A stretch of DNA of 64,000 bases from Candidatus Krumholzibacteriota bacterium (lineage in GTDB: Bacteria; Krumholzibacteriota; Krumholzibacteriia; LZORAL124-64-63), in the NCBI GenBank assembly GCA_039714075.1, contig JBDLKA010000001.1:121412-185411 (forward strand), read 5' to 3'. Each line of letters begins with the position of its first letter. Position 1 is the stretch's first letter. This document shows, one piece after another, positions 49,111 to 58,880 of the stretch. Both the position numbers and the translations under genes were made by a program. Under the pieces are notes generated by a model. That model saw nothing but the letters and a program-made list of their open reading frames with translations. It had not been told where the DNA came from and did not search any database.

Positions 49111-50103
49111 TCAGGACAGGGCCGCCGCGAGCTTGGCCGGCAATTCGTTCCGGACCTGCTCCCAGGCTTCCTTGACGGCGTTGGCGATGGCCCGGGTGGA
49201 ACTGCGGCCATGGGCGATGATGCTGATCCCCGCAACACCCAGCAGCATGGCGCCGCCCTGGACCTCGTAGGAAAAATCCCTCTGCAGCAATTGCAGAACG
49301 GGCCCGAAAGCCGCTTTCTGTTCGTCCGACAGATCCGGCCGCTGGCTCAGGGCGCCCATGAACCGGGCAAACCCCTCGACCAGTTTCAAGGTGTTGTTGC
49401 CGTTGTACCCGTCGGTGACCAGGACGTCGCAGGGACCGAGCATCAGCTGGTTGCCTTCGACGTTCCCGACAAAATTCAGATCCGAATCCTCGAGGAGCCG
49501 GAAGGTCTCCACGTTGAGATCGGTCCCCTTCTTGGGCTCGCCCCCGATATTCAACTGACCGACCGTGGGGTCGGCCGCACCCATCATTTCGTGGGCGAAA
49601 ACCTTGCCCATGCGGGCGAACGACAGCAGGTGTTCGGGGGTGCACTGGACGTTGGCCCCGGCGTCCAGCAGCAGCAGCTGGCCCTTGACCGTGGGAATCA
49701 CCGTGGCGATGGCGGGACGGTCGGCCTGGGGCAGGCGTCCGAGGATGATGAGGCTGGCCGCCACCATGGCGCCGGTGGAACCGGCCGAGACCACGGCCTG
49801 AACCCGGCCGGCCTTCTGGTCGGCCATGGCGCGAACGATGGGACTGTCCTTCTTGGACCGGATGGCCGAGGCGGGAGACTCTCCCATTTCGATGTCCTGC
49901 GTGCAGGGGACGACGGTCACGGGCAGGTCGGCGGCCTGCAGCCTGTCGATTTCAGCCTGGACGGCCGCGGCGTCTCCGTAGAGATGAAGGTCGAAAGGGG
50001 AATCCTTCGTCATTCCGGTCAAGGCGCCCTCGACCACGACGGCGGGACCATGGTCCCCTCCCATCGCGTCAACAGCTATGACGGGTCTTGCCCTGTTCGT
50101 CAC
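49111..50103 (-). CDS. plsX: Phosphate acyltransferase PlsX
   Basis: VDAMGGD, SAGSTGA, DAGAN, GNVEG and AHGRS. Confidence 0.95.
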   Translation of the reverse strand: MTNRARPVIAVDAMGGDHGPAVVVEGALTGMTKDSPFDLHLYGDAAAVQAEIDRLQAADLPVTVVPCTQDIEMGESPASAIRSKKDSPIVRAMADQKAGRVQAVVSAGSTGAMVAASLIILGRLPQADRPAIATVIPTVKGQLLLLDAGANVQCTPEHLLSFARMGKVFAHEMMGAADPTVGQLNIGGEPKKGTDLNVETFRLLEDSDLNFVGNVEGNQLMLGPCDVLVTDGYNGNNTLKLVEGFARFMGALSQRPDLSDEQKAAFGPVLQLLQRDFSYEVQGGAMLLGVAGISIIAHGRSSTRAIANAVKEAWEQVRNELPAKLAAALS

Positions 50104-50133
50104 GCCGACCTCCCTGCCAAACGGAAATGTCCG

Positions 50134-50313
50134 CTAGGACTCCACCACGAGGACTTCGCGCTCGCCGTAATATCCGCACTCCCGGCAGACCCGGTGGGGC
50201 AGGCGGGCGGCTCCGCAATGGGGGCACTTGTTGGGGTCCGGCGCGCTGAGATGCCAGTTGGCCCGGCGCTTGCCCTTCCGGGACTGGGACGTTTTTTTCT
50301 TGGGAACAGCCAT
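50134..50313 (-). CDS. rpmF: 50S ribosomal protein L32 (Zn-ribbon form)
   Basis: MAVPKKKTSQSRKGKRRANWHLSAPDPNKCPHCGAARLPHRVCRECGYY; 59 aa, below the ORF-track cutoff. Confidence 0.95.
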   Translation of the reverse strand: MAVPKKKTSQSRKGKRRANWHLSAPDPNKCPHCGAARLPHRVCRECGYYGEREVLVVES

Positions 50314-50340
50314 TTTCTTTTTCCTCCGGGAACCGGTCTC

Positions 50341-50820
50341 TCAGGGGAGTCCGTCCCATCTGGGATCCACCACGTTTTCACTGCAATCACAAGTGGCCTG
50401 GTTGCGGTCGATACCGCATTCGGGACACAATCCCCGGCAATCGGGTTTGCAGACCGGAGCCTGCGGATAGGCCAAAACCACACATTCACGAAGGGAATCC
50501 CGCAGGTCCACTTCGCCGGCCTGTTGGAGAATAAGGAGAGTTTCCCCCTCCGTCTCGTCCGTATCGACATCACGCAGGACCATGACCTCGACGGGCACAT
50601 CCCAGGCCAGGGGAAAGGTGCCCAGACAGCGGCCGCATTCGGTCCGGCCTTCGGCCCGCAACGTGCCGTTCAGCAGGAATCTGGTGTCCAGATTCTGAAC
50701 GACGAGCGTGCCGGTGACGGAGGCCTCCGCGGGCCGTCCCTCACCCATATCCAATTTCAGCGAGCCGGTGATGTCCAGCTCCGCGCGTCCGAATTCCTGT
50801 CTGTCGAGATCCAGCTTCAT
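50341..50820 (-). CDS. yceD: YceD/DUF177 family protein
   Basis: CGRCL, CKPDCRGLCPECG...CDC and DPRW; upstream of rpmF. Confidence 0.9.
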   Translation of the reverse strand: MKLDLDRQEFGRAELDITGSLKLDMGEGRPAEASVTGTLVVQNLDTRFLLNGTLRAEGRTECGRCLGTFPLAWDVPVEVMVLRDVDTDETEGETLLILQQAGEVDLRDSLRECVVLAYPQAPVCKPDCRGLCPECGIDRNQATCDCSENVVDPRWDGLP

Positions 50821-50900
50821 CCCAGTTCCGTTCGACCTGGATTCCAAAGTTCCTGGATTCCCACAGTTTCCGGCCATTTTTCCCGTAAATCGAGTCGCCC

Positions 50901-50929
50901 ACCTTAATAGGCGCCCCCTGCGGTGTCAA
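50901..50929 (-). promoter_or_regulatory. Promoter of the yceD-rpmF-plsX-fab operon
   Basis: TTGACA-17nt-TAAGGT. Confidence 0.6.
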
Positions 50930-50956
50930 GTCGCCCGGACGGCCGTATTCCGGTCC

Positions 50957-51361
50957 CTACCCGAAAATCAGGGCCAATTCCCGGGCCGCGTCCTCGGGAT
51001 TGGCCGAGGCATGGACCGCGTTGTTCTGCAGGGAAGCCCCGAAAAGGTCCCTGATGGTCCCGGTGGCCGCTTCGACGGGATTCGTGGCCCCGATCAATTC
51101 GCGCAGGGCGGCCACGGCATTTTCGCGCTCGAGGCGGATGGCAACAATGGGGCCACTGGTAATATAGTCACACAGGTCACCGTAAAAAGGGCGCTCCTTG
51201 TGCTCGCCGTAGAAATCCTCCACCAGCGCCCGGTCCAGTTGCCGCAGGTGGAGTCCGGTGATCCGGAATCCGGCCGCTCCGGCAATGGCCAGGATGGCCC
51301 CCACCTTCTGGTCGTCCGCGGCCACGATTTCGGGCTTTATCATGAAATAGGTCTGCTGCAT
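50957..51361 (-). CDS. ndk: Nucleoside diphosphate kinase
   Basis: TYFMIKPE, FYGEHKERPFY, GATNP, GTIR and NAVHAS. Confidence 0.94.
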   Translation of the reverse strand: MQQTYFMIKPEIVAADDQKVGAILAIAGAAGFRITGLHLRQLDRALVEDFYGEHKERPFYGDLCDYITSGPIVAIRLERENAVAALRELIGATNPVEAATGTIRDLFGASLQNNAVHASANPEDAARELALIFG

Positions 51362-51474
51362 TTCCAACGTCCTTTTCGGTCTTTCGCGTTCAGGCGGGCG
51401 ATTCCGGTTTTGGCTGCCGGATCCACCCGCCGTTCAGGTTGTCGATTCCGCGGATCTTTTCGGGGATATTCGCG

Positions 51475-52350
51475 CTACTTCTTCCAGATCTCCTGGAGAC
51501 AGGGCACGATATCCATGGGCCGGTCGGCCACGGGAATTCCCGCCCCTTCGAGAGCGACCTTCTTCTCCGCCGCCGTGCCGGTGCCGCCGCTGACGATGGC
51601 CCCCGCATGTCCCATCCGCTTGCCGGGAGGCGCCGTCTGGCCGGCGATGAAGCTCACCACCGGTTTGTCGACATGGGCCTTGATGTATTCGGCCGCCTGC
51701 TCCTCGGCGTCGCCGCCGATTTCACCGATCATCACGAAGGCCTCGGTCTTGGGGTCCTCGTTGAAAGCGATGATGGCGTCCATGAAGGTGGTCCCGATGA
51801 CCGGGTCGCCGCCGATGCCCAGGCAGGTGGTCTGGCCGAGGCCCGCGGCGGACAGCTGGTAGACGACCTCGTACGTCAGGGTGCCCGAGCGGGAAACCAG
51901 TCCCACGGGCCCTTCCTTCACGATGCTGGTCGGCAGGATGCCGAGTTTCGCGATGCCGGGAGCCAGCAGGCCGGGGCAATTGGGGCCGATCAGGCGGACG
52001 CCGCGCTCCTCGAGGTACGGCATGACCTTGACCATATCCACGGTGGGCACGCCTTCGGTGATGCAGACGATGAGCTTGCAGCCCGCGTCGGCGGCTTCGT
52101 AGATGGCGCCGGCGGCGCCGAAGGGGGGCACGAAGATCACGGAGGTGTTGACGCCGTGTTCGCTGACGGCCTCCTTGACCGTGTCGTAGACGGGAACCTT
52201 GTCCTGGAACATCTGGCCGCCGCGCCCGGGCGTGACCCCGGCGAGGACCTTGGTTCCGTAGGCGAGCATTTCGCCCGTGTGAAAACCGCCGTCACGGCCG
52301 GTGATCCCCTGAACGACAACCTTGGTCGAGTCGTCGACAAATATCGCCAT
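51475..52350 (-). CDS. sucD: Succinyl-CoA synthetase alpha subunit
   Basis: [26 protein letters not shown] and RMGHAGA. Confidence 0.96.
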   Translation of the reverse strand: MAIFVDDSTKVVVQGITGRDGGFHTGEMLAYGTKVLAGVTPGRGGQMFQDKVPVYDTVKEAVSEHGVNTSVIFVPPFGAAGAIYEAADAGCKLIVCITEGVPTVDMVKVMPYLEERGVRLIGPNCPGLLAPGIAKLGILPTSIVKEGPVGLVSRSGTLTYEVVYQLSAAGLGQTTCLGIGGDPVIGTTFMDAIIAFNEDPKTEAFVMIGEIGGDAEEQAAEYIKAHVDKPVVSFIAGQTAPPGKRMGHAGAIVSGGTGTAAEKKVALEGAGIPVADRPMDIVPCLQEIWKK

Positions 52351-52409
52351 GTTCAAAATCTCCTCGTCTGGCGCTCATGAACGCCGTAAATCAAATAATT
52401 TCAGGAGCT

Positions 52410-53543
52410 CTAGCCAGCCAACTCAATGGCTTTCTTAACGGCCTCGTCCATGGTTTCGGCCGGAACCAGGTCGGTCGCGGCCAACAGGGCGCGCCCTTCC
52501 TCTTCGTTCGTTCCGATGAGCCGGACCACGATCGGCACGTTGATGTCCATCTGCCTGGTCGCCGCGATGATGCCGTTGGCAACGTCATCACAACGGGTGA
52601 TGCCCCCGAAAATGTTGAACAGGATGGCCTTGACTTCCTTGTCCGACAGGATGATCTCCAGGGCGTTGACCACCTTCTCGGGATTGGAGCTGCCGCCGAT
52701 GTCCAGGAAGTTGGCGGGCTGGCCGCCGTAGTACTTGACCAGATCCATGGTGGCCATGGCCAGACCGGCTCCGTTGACGAGGCAGCCCACGTTGCCGGAC
52801 AGCTTCACGAAACTCAGGTTGGCTTCGCGGGCCGCGCGCTCGCTGGGGTCCTCCGCCTCGAGATCCCGCAGGGCCTCGTAGCCGGGATGACGGAACATGG
52901 CGTTGTCGTCCAGGTTCACCTTGGCGTCGATGGCGTGGCCGACGCCCTCGGGAGTGAAGATGAAGGGGTTGATCTCGGCCAGGCTGGCGTCCGAAGCCAT
53001 GAAGGCCTGGTACAGCTTCTGCATGGCCGCGGCCAGCTGCCGCGCCTTCTTGATGTCGTCCGGACACAGCCGCATGCCCATGGACATGGCTTCGTGGTCC
53101 AGCAAACCGAAACGGGGATCGATGGTCTCCTTGAAGATGAGCTCGGGCGTATCCTTGGCCACCTGTTCGATCTCGACTCCACCCTCGGCGCTGGCCATCA
53201 GCAGGACCCGCTTGCTGTTGCGGTCGATCAGCATGCCGACGTAGTACTCGCTGGCGATGTCCACCGCCGGCGTGACCAGGACCGTGTTCACGGTATGGCC
53301 TTTGATATCCATACCCAGGATCTTGGCGGCGTTCTCCTTGACGTCCTCGATGGTCGGGCAGAATTTGACGCCGCCCGCCTTCCCGCGTCCCCCGGTCAGC
53401 ACCTGGGACTTCACCATGACCGGCAGGCCGTACTCTTCGGCCCGGGCCACGGCGTCGGCGACCGTCTGGACAGCCGTCCCACCGGGAACCGGCAGACCAA
53501 ATTCGGTAAAGATATCCTTGGCCTGGTATTCGTGGATATTCAC
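52410..53543 (-). CDS. sucC: Succinyl-CoA synthetase beta subunit
   Basis: NIHEYQAK, GGRGKAGGV, NGAGLAMATMD, ANFLDIGG and NIFGGITRCD; GTG start after GGGAGG. Confidence 0.96.
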   Translation of the reverse strand: MNIHEYQAKDIFTEFGLPVPGGTAVQTVADAVARAEEYGLPVMVKSQVLTGGRGKAGGVKFCPTIEDVKENAAKILGMDIKGHTVNTVLVTPAVDIASEYYVGMLIDRNSKRVLLMASAEGGVEIEQVAKDTPELIFKETIDPRFGLLDHEAMSMGMRLCPDDIKKARQLAAAMQKLYQAFMASDASLAEINPFIFTPEGVGHAIDAKVNLDDNAMFRHPGYEALRDLEAEDPSERAAREANLSFVKLSGNVGCLVNGAGLAMATMDLVKYYGGQPANFLDIGGSSNPEKVVNALEIILSDKEVKAILFNIFGGITRCDDVANGIIAATRQMDINVPIVVRLIGTNEEEGRALLAATDLVPAETMDEAVKKAIELAG

Positions 53544-53608
53544 GTAATTCCTCCCAGCAATTTGGAGCAGCCGGCCGCACGAGAAGCGGCCGGCCGCCTG
53601 CGGTTCAA

Positions 53609-54925
53609 CTAGCCGATGAATTTGGCCAGTACCTCGTCCAGGTTCGGCGAACCGATTTCCTGGAGTTCGTATTTCACCCTGACGGTGGGTTTGTCGATCT
53701 TGACGATCCGGCTCAGGTCGATCGGGGTGCCGATCACCACGACGTCGCATTCGACGGCGTTGATGGTCTTCTCCAGATCCGCCACCTGTTCGTCGCCGTA
53801 CCCCATGGCCGGGAGCAGGGTCCCGATTTCCGGGTAGATTTCGAAAGTCTCGGCCAGCTTGCCCGTGGCCCAGGGCCGCGGGTCCACCAGTTCCTCGGCA
53901 CCCATCTTCATGGCCGCCACGACACCCGCACCGTAGGCCATGTCGCCGTGGGTCAGGGTCGGGCCGTCTTCGACGACAAGCGCGATCTTGCCCATCAGGT
54001 CCACATCGCCCTCGAGCGTCAGGGGACTGGCCGCGTCGATGATGACGGCGTCGGGATTGATCTCACGGATGTTGTCGCGCACGGTTTCGATATTCTCGAA
54101 TTCGGCCTCGACGACCTTGTTGATGACAACCACGTCGGCCAGACGCACGTTGGTCTCGCTGGGGAAGTAGCTCATCTCATGGCCGGGCCGGTGCGGGTCG
54201 GCCACCACGATGTGCAGGTCGCTCTGGTAGAACGGGGTGTCGTTGTTGCCGCCGTCCCACAGGATGATGTCCGCTTCCTTCTCGGCCTCGCGCAGGATGG
54301 CCTCGTAGTCGACACCGGCGTAGATGACGCCGCCAGCCATGATGTGCGGCTCGTACTCCTCCATCTCCTCGATGGTGCACTTGTGCTTCTCCAGGTCGGC
54401 GACTTCCGCGAAACGCTGGACTTTCTGGGCCGCCAGATCGCCGTAGGGCATCGGGTGGCGTACGGCGACGACCTTCTTGCCGGCCGCGCGCAGGATTTCG
54501 CAGATGCGGCGGCTGGTCTGGCTCTTGCCGCAGCCCGTCCGCACCGCGCCGACGCTGATCACGGGTTTGGTGCTCTTGATCTGGGTGTCGCTCTCGCCCA
54601 ACATGGTGAAGTCGGAGCCCGCCGCGTTGACGATGGAAGCCAGGCTCATGACCTGCTGGTAGGAGCGGTCGCTGTAGGCCATGACGCACATGTCGGGATT
54701 GTATTTGCCGATCAGGGCGACCAGTTCGTCCTCGGCCTCGATGGGAATCCCGGCGGGGTAGAGATCCCCGGCCAGCTCGGCGGGATATTTCCGGCCGTCG
54801 ATATCGGGAATCTGCGTGGCGGTGAAGGCCACGACTTCATAGGCCTCGTTGTTCCTGTACACACAATTGAAGTTGTGGAAATCACGGCCCGCGGCGCCGA
54901 GGATAATGACCTTGATCCTGCTCAT
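53609..54925 (-). CDS. COG2403-type P-loop NTPase (cyclic 2,3-diphosphoglycerate synthetase-like / arginine synthetase ArcE-like)
   Basis: GAAGRDFHNFN, RTGCGKSQT, VRHPMPYGDL, TIEEMEEYE, WDGGNND and VEDGPTLTHG. Confidence 0.8.
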   Translation of the reverse strand: MSRIKVIILGAAGRDFHNFNCVYRNNEAYEVVAFTATQIPDIDGRKYPAELAGDLYPAGIPIEAEDELVALIGKYNPDMCVMAYSDRSYQQVMSLASIVNAAGSDFTMLGESDTQIKSTKPVISVGAVRTGCGKSQTSRRICEILRAAGKKVVAVRHPMPYGDLAAQKVQRFAEVADLEKHKCTIEEMEEYEPHIMAGGVIYAGVDYEAILREAEKEADIILWDGGNNDTPFYQSDLHIVVADPHRPGHEMSYFPSETNVRLADVVVINKVVEAEFENIETVRDNIREINPDAVIIDAASPLTLEGDVDLMGKIALVVEDGPTLTHGDMAYGAGVVAAMKMGAEELVDPRPWATGKLAETFEIYPEIGTLLPAMGYGDEQVADLEKTINAVECDVVVIGTPIDLSRIVKIDKPTVRVKYELQEIGSPNLDEVLAKFIG

Positions 54926-54982
54926 GACGACTCCTTGAAGCCCGGAACGGGCTCGATTGGACAGGGAGAACCACCGAAAGGA

Positions 54983-55471
54983 TCAGGGCAGCTGCCGGAT
55001 CGCGTCGATGATCTGCGAGGTCGACCAGCCGGGTACCATCGGCACGCGGACAACGCGGCCCGCCCAGGATTTGACCTCGGGAGCACCCACGATATCCTCT
55101 TCACTGTACTCGGACCCCTTGACGAGCACATCGGGCCTGATCTGGAGAATGACCTCCAGCGGTGTCGGCTCGGCAAAAATAGTGACCGCGGAAACGGGTC
55201 GCAAGGCGGCAATTAAGGCGGCCCGGTCGGGCGCGGGCAAAAGTGGCCTGCCGGGGCCCTTGAGCTGGCGGACGGAAGCGTCGCTGTTGAGGGCCACGAC
55301 CAGTTCATCCGCCTGCTCCGCGGCCTGCATCAGGCTGACCAGGTGCCCACTGTGGATCAGGTCGAAACACCCGTTGGTGAAGGCGATGGTGCGCCCGGCG
55401 GCATGCACGGCTTTCGCCCAGTCCGCCAGCTGTTCCCGGGCCAGGATCTCTCCGCGCGCGAAAGCGGCCAT
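54983..55471 (-). CDS. hldC: D-glycero-beta-D-manno-heptose-1-phosphate adenylyltransferase (RfaE domain II)
   Basis: FTNGCFDLIHSGH, NSDASVRQLKGPGRP, PDVLVKG and STS. Confidence 0.9.
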   Translation of the reverse strand: MAAFARGEILAREQLADWAKAVHAAGRTIAFTNGCFDLIHSGHLVSLMQAAEQADELVVALNSDASVRQLKGPGRPLLPAPDRAALIAALRPVSAVTIFAEPTPLEVILQIRPDVLVKGSEYSEEDIVGAPEVKSWAGRVVRVPMVPGWSTSQIIDAIRQLP

Positions 55472-56454
55472 CAGTCCGGGTCCTTTTCATTCAGCGCCGC
55501 GGTCAGCTGCGCCGCGGTCACGGTGGCGGTGCCCAGTTCCCGCACGGCCAGGCCGGCGGCGTGATTGGCCAGGTCGGCGGCTTCGGCGAAGTCGGCCCCG
55601 GCGGACATGGTGGCCGTGTAGACGGCGATGACCGTATCCCCCGCTCCGGTGACGTCGTAGACTGTGGTCGCCTCGGTGGCCAGGTGGTGCTCGGCGCCAT
55701 CCTTCTCGAACAGGGCCATCCCGTGTTCTCCCCGGGTCACCAGCACGGCTTCGGCGGCGGTTCGCTCCAGGAGCTTGGCACCGGCGGCCTTGAGACTGGC
55801 GGCGTCGGTGATGCTCATGGCGCAGGCCTGCTCGGCTTCCTTCTGGTTGGGCGTCAGGGAAGTCACGCCCTTGTATTGCGAGTAATCCCCCTTCTTGGGA
55901 TCAACGACCATGGGCACGCCCGCGGCCCGGCCGGCGGCGATGAAGGCGGCCAGCGCCTCATGGGTCAGCAGGCCCTTGCCGTAGTCGCTGAGCACGATGC
56001 CGTCGAAGGGGCCCAGTTTCGCCAACCGGGACACCAACTTTTCCACCAGTTCCTCTTCGACCGGCCGGTCGTCCTCGCGGTCGGTGCGGACCACCTGCTG
56101 GTTATGGGCCAGGATACGGGTCTTGATGGTGGTGGGCCGGGATTCGAGTTCCAGGAGTCCCCCGGAGTCGATGTCATGTTCGTCGAGGAGGTTCTTCAAT
56201 TGACCCGCGGCTTCGTCTTTCCCGCACAAGCCGAACAGGACCGCGTCGGCGCCCAGGGCGCAGATGTTCGCCGCCACATTGGCGGCGCCCCCGAGCTTGG
56301 TGGTCTCGCTTTCCAGACGCACCACCGGAACGGGCGCCTCGGGACTGATGCGGTCCACCCTTCCCCACAGGAAACGGTCCAGCATGCTGTCACCGATCAC
56401 GGCCAGCCTTTGGCCGGGCAACCGCTCTATGATATCCTTGTATTTCGGGCTCAT
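55471..56454 (-). CDS. hldA: D-glycero-beta-D-manno-heptose-7-phosphate kinase (RfaE domain I)
   Basis: GDSMLD, RISPEAPVPV, GGAANVA, SDYGKG and DVTGAGDT. Confidence 0.92.
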   Translation of the reverse strand: MSPKYKDIIERLPGQRLAVIGDSMLDRFLWGRVDRISPEAPVPVVRLESETTKLGGAANVAANICALGADAVLFGLCGKDEAAGQLKNLLDEHDIDSGGLLELESRPTTIKTRILAHNQQVVRTDREDDRPVEEELVEKLVSRLAKLGPFDGIVLSDYGKGLLTHEALAAFIAAGRAAGVPMVVDPKKGDYSQYKGVTSLTPNQKEAEQACAMSITDAASLKAAGAKLLERTAAEAVLVTRGEHGMALFEKDGAEHHLATEATTVYDVTGAGDTVIAVYTATMSAGADFAEAADLANHAAGLAVRELGTATVTAAQLTAALNEKDPD

Positions 56455-56609
56455 GATCGCTTCTTTGGTTGGAAACGGTTTGACGACAGCGGGACAGGCG
56501 GTCCACCGCCGGACGGGTTCGATGGGCCGGAAGCTATCACCCCGTGTCCCGGGTGTCAATTTATCCATCCCGCAACAGCCCGTACCGGTCACGTTAGCAA
56601 GGAGATACA

Positions 56610-56915
56610 ATGAATAGCAAGAATCCCCAGCAACGTATCACCCTGGATCTGGGTGAAAAGGAAGCTGAAGGCATCTACTCGAACCTGACGCTGATTTCCC
56701 ACAGCCCCGCCGAGTTCATACTCGATTTCGCCCGCCTGGTTCCGGGCATGCCCAAAAGCAAGGTCCACGCGCGGGTCATCATGACGCCCCAGTCGGCCAA
56801 GGCCCTGGCGAAGTCACTGACCGTGAATATCGAAAGGTATGAAGAGGCCCACGGGGAGATCAAACTGGCCGGTCAGCCCGAAGCCAGCCAGAACATCGGC
56901 TTCCAGACAGGCTGA
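56610..56915 (+). CDS. DUF3467-like small protein
   Basis: EGIYSNL..ISHS.AEFILDF...PG.PK..V..RVIMTPQ.AK...YE..HGEI; RBS AAGGAG. Confidence 0.8.
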   Translation: MNSKNPQQRITLDLGEKEAEGIYSNLTLISHSPAEFILDFARLVPGMPKSKVHARVIMTPQSAKALAKSLTVNIERYEEAHGEIKLAGQPEASQNIGFQTG

Positions 56916-56930
56916 CCCAGGCGCACCGGC

Positions 56931-57830
56931 TTATTCTCCCGGCGGCCTGGTCTTCCAGCGCCGGTGCAGCCAGAAGTACTGCTCGGGAGCCTTGCGGATG
57001 GCCGCCTCCAGTCTCTGGACGTGTACTTCCGTCAGGCGGGCAACGGCGGTTTCCTCGTCCCAGTCGGGTTCGGCGGCAAACGGCGGATCGACGACGACCT
57101 TGTGGCTGCCGTCGGCCTGCCGGAAGATGAAACCGGTGACGATGGGAACCTTGAGCTTCCAGGCAAAGTAGGCCGTCCCCCGGAACACCGAAGCCTGGCG
57201 GCCCAGGAATTCCGTGAAATATCCCTCCGGACCGGCGTCCTGGTCTCCCACCAGCCCGATCAGTTCCTTCCGGCGCAGCGCCCGGATCATTTCCCGGATG
57301 GAGGTTCCCCCGGACCTGATGGTCCCGATTCCCGCCCGGTGCCTGATGTCGTTCTGCAGGCGGTCCACCCGGGCGTTGGTCTGCTCCTTGACGATGAAGC
57401 TGACCATCTGGCCTTCGGCCGCCACCCGGGCCCCCAACATTTCCCAGTTCCCGAAATGGCCGGACACCAGGAGGGCGCCCTGGCCCTCGGCCACCGTGCG
57501 GGTGAAATATTCCACACCCTCGATCTCCACCAGCTCCAGGAAATCCGCCTGCTTCAGTCCGGGAAAAGCCAGGAACTCCATCAGGGTCATGCCGAGGTTC
57601 CGGAAGAACGAATGGGCCAGGGCGTTGATTTCCCGGTCGTCCATATCCCCGCCGAAGGCGTGGCGCAGATTGTCCAGGACCACCTGGCGCCGAAAGCCGA
57701 CCACCCGCCAGACAAAGGTGCCCAGACCCCGGCCGAGAGCCAGCAGAAAACCCCGCGGCAGAGGGCGGGCCAAAAGGAGAAGCAGATACAGCAGGCTGAA
57801 ATCCAACAGCTGCCGGGGCCGGGAAGTCAT
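56931..57830 (-). CDS. Lipid A biosynthesis lauroyl/acyltransferase (LpxL/HtrB family)
   Basis: GHFGNWE, DQ, FLG and PEQYFWLHRRWK. Confidence 0.9.
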   Translation of the reverse strand: MTSRPRQLLDFSLLYLLLLLARPLPRGFLLALGRGLGTFVWRVVGFRRQVVLDNLRHAFGGDMDDREINALAHSFFRNLGMTLMEFLAFPGLKQADFLELVEIEGVEYFTRTVAEGQGALLVSGHFGNWEMLGARVAAEGQMVSFIVKEQTNARVDRLQNDIRHRAGIGTIRSGGTSIREMIRALRRKELIGLVGDQDAGPEGYFTEFLGRQASVFRGTAYFAWKLKVPIVTGFIFRQADGSHKVVVDPPFAAEPDWDEETAVARLTEVHVQRLEAAIRKAPEQYFWLHRRWKTRPPGE

Positions 57831-57907
57831 CGTGATACTCCATGTGAGACGGTGCCAAAGCGGACGCAAGGAATGGAGGATTCGAAACGCCCCGCACGGA
57901 GCAACCC

Positions 57908-58843
57908 TCATCCCGACCAGATTCTACGGGCTAGCCTGCCTCCGGGCAACCTCCGGATCAGGCCGGCCAGCTCCAGGGCCAGCAGACCTTCCTGCCAGGC
58001 GTCCTCGGTTCCCGGCCAGCGTTCCCGTAGACGGTCGCGGAAGACCCCTTCCAGGTCCAGCCGGTCCATGATCCAGCAGGCGGCGCTTCCGGCCTTGGGT
58101 GTGGAATGCTGGTCGCCATTGGGTAGATCCAGCCCGGGTTCTGTTTCCTCACTTCGCTCGGGCCGGCCCAGAACCCGCGCGATGTCCGCGACGCTTTCCA
58201 CCAGGTGCGCCCCCTCCCGCAACAGGTGATGGCACCCGCGGCTGGTTTCCAGATCGACGGGTCCGGGCACTGCGAACACCTCGCGGTTGTAGTCCACCGC
58301 CAGATTGGCAGTCAGCATGGCCCCGCTCTTCCGGGGCGCCTCGACCACGATGATCCCGCGGGCCAGGCCGGCGATCAACCGGTTGCGCTGGGGAAAGTGG
58401 AATTTGAGCGGTGGGGTGCCGGGCGGAAACTCGGTCAGGGTACAGCCGTCGCGCTCCAGCTTGGTCTTCAAGGCCCGGTGGGCCGAGGGGTAGACGCGAT
58501 CGCTGCCGGTGGCCATGACCCCGATCGACCGGCCCTGCACCGAAAGGGCTCCGCGATGCGCCTCCCCGTCTATGCCCAGCGCCAACCCGCTGACGATGAC
58601 CCATCCGTGGGCCGCCAGCTCGGCGGCCAGGGCCCGGGCCACGGCCAGCCCCCGGGCCGAGGCGCGCCGGGTTCCCACGATGGCGATTGCCGGTTCATTC
58701 AGGACGGCCAGACTGCCCCGGACATGGACCTCGCCCGGGGGGTCGTTTATCTCTTCCCACAACCGGGGCCAGTGGGGATGTCCGGGTTCGATTCTCTTTT
58801 CCGGTTGATCCGGTCCGCCTGAGGGGGAAACATGAGCGGCCAC
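57908..58843 (-). CDS. dprA: DNA-processing protein DprA
   Basis: AIVGTR, VSGLALGIDGEAH, FPQRNRLIAG, VVEA..KSGAMLTA, REVFAVPG and a C-terminal winged helix. Confidence 0.93.
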   Translation of the reverse strand: MAAHVSPSGGPDQPEKRIEPGHPHWPRLWEEINDPPGEVHVRGSLAVLNEPAIAIVGTRRASARGLAVARALAAELAAHGWVIVSGLALGIDGEAHRGALSVQGRSIGVMATGSDRVYPSAHRALKTKLERDGCTLTEFPPGTPPLKFHFPQRNRLIAGLARGIIVVEAPRKSGAMLTANLAVDYNREVFAVPGPVDLETSRGCHHLLREGAHLVESVADIARVLGRPERSEETEPGLDLPNGDQHSTPKAGSAACWIMDRLDLEGVFRDRLRERWPGTEDAWQEGLLALELAGLIRRLPGGRLARRIWSG

Positions 58844-58880
58844 ATGAATATTCCAGTCCGGGAGGACGTGCTTTTGAAAT

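Noticed and set aside
49096..50907. 603-aa plus-strand ORF
   Set aside because: Antisense to plsX, rpmF and yceD
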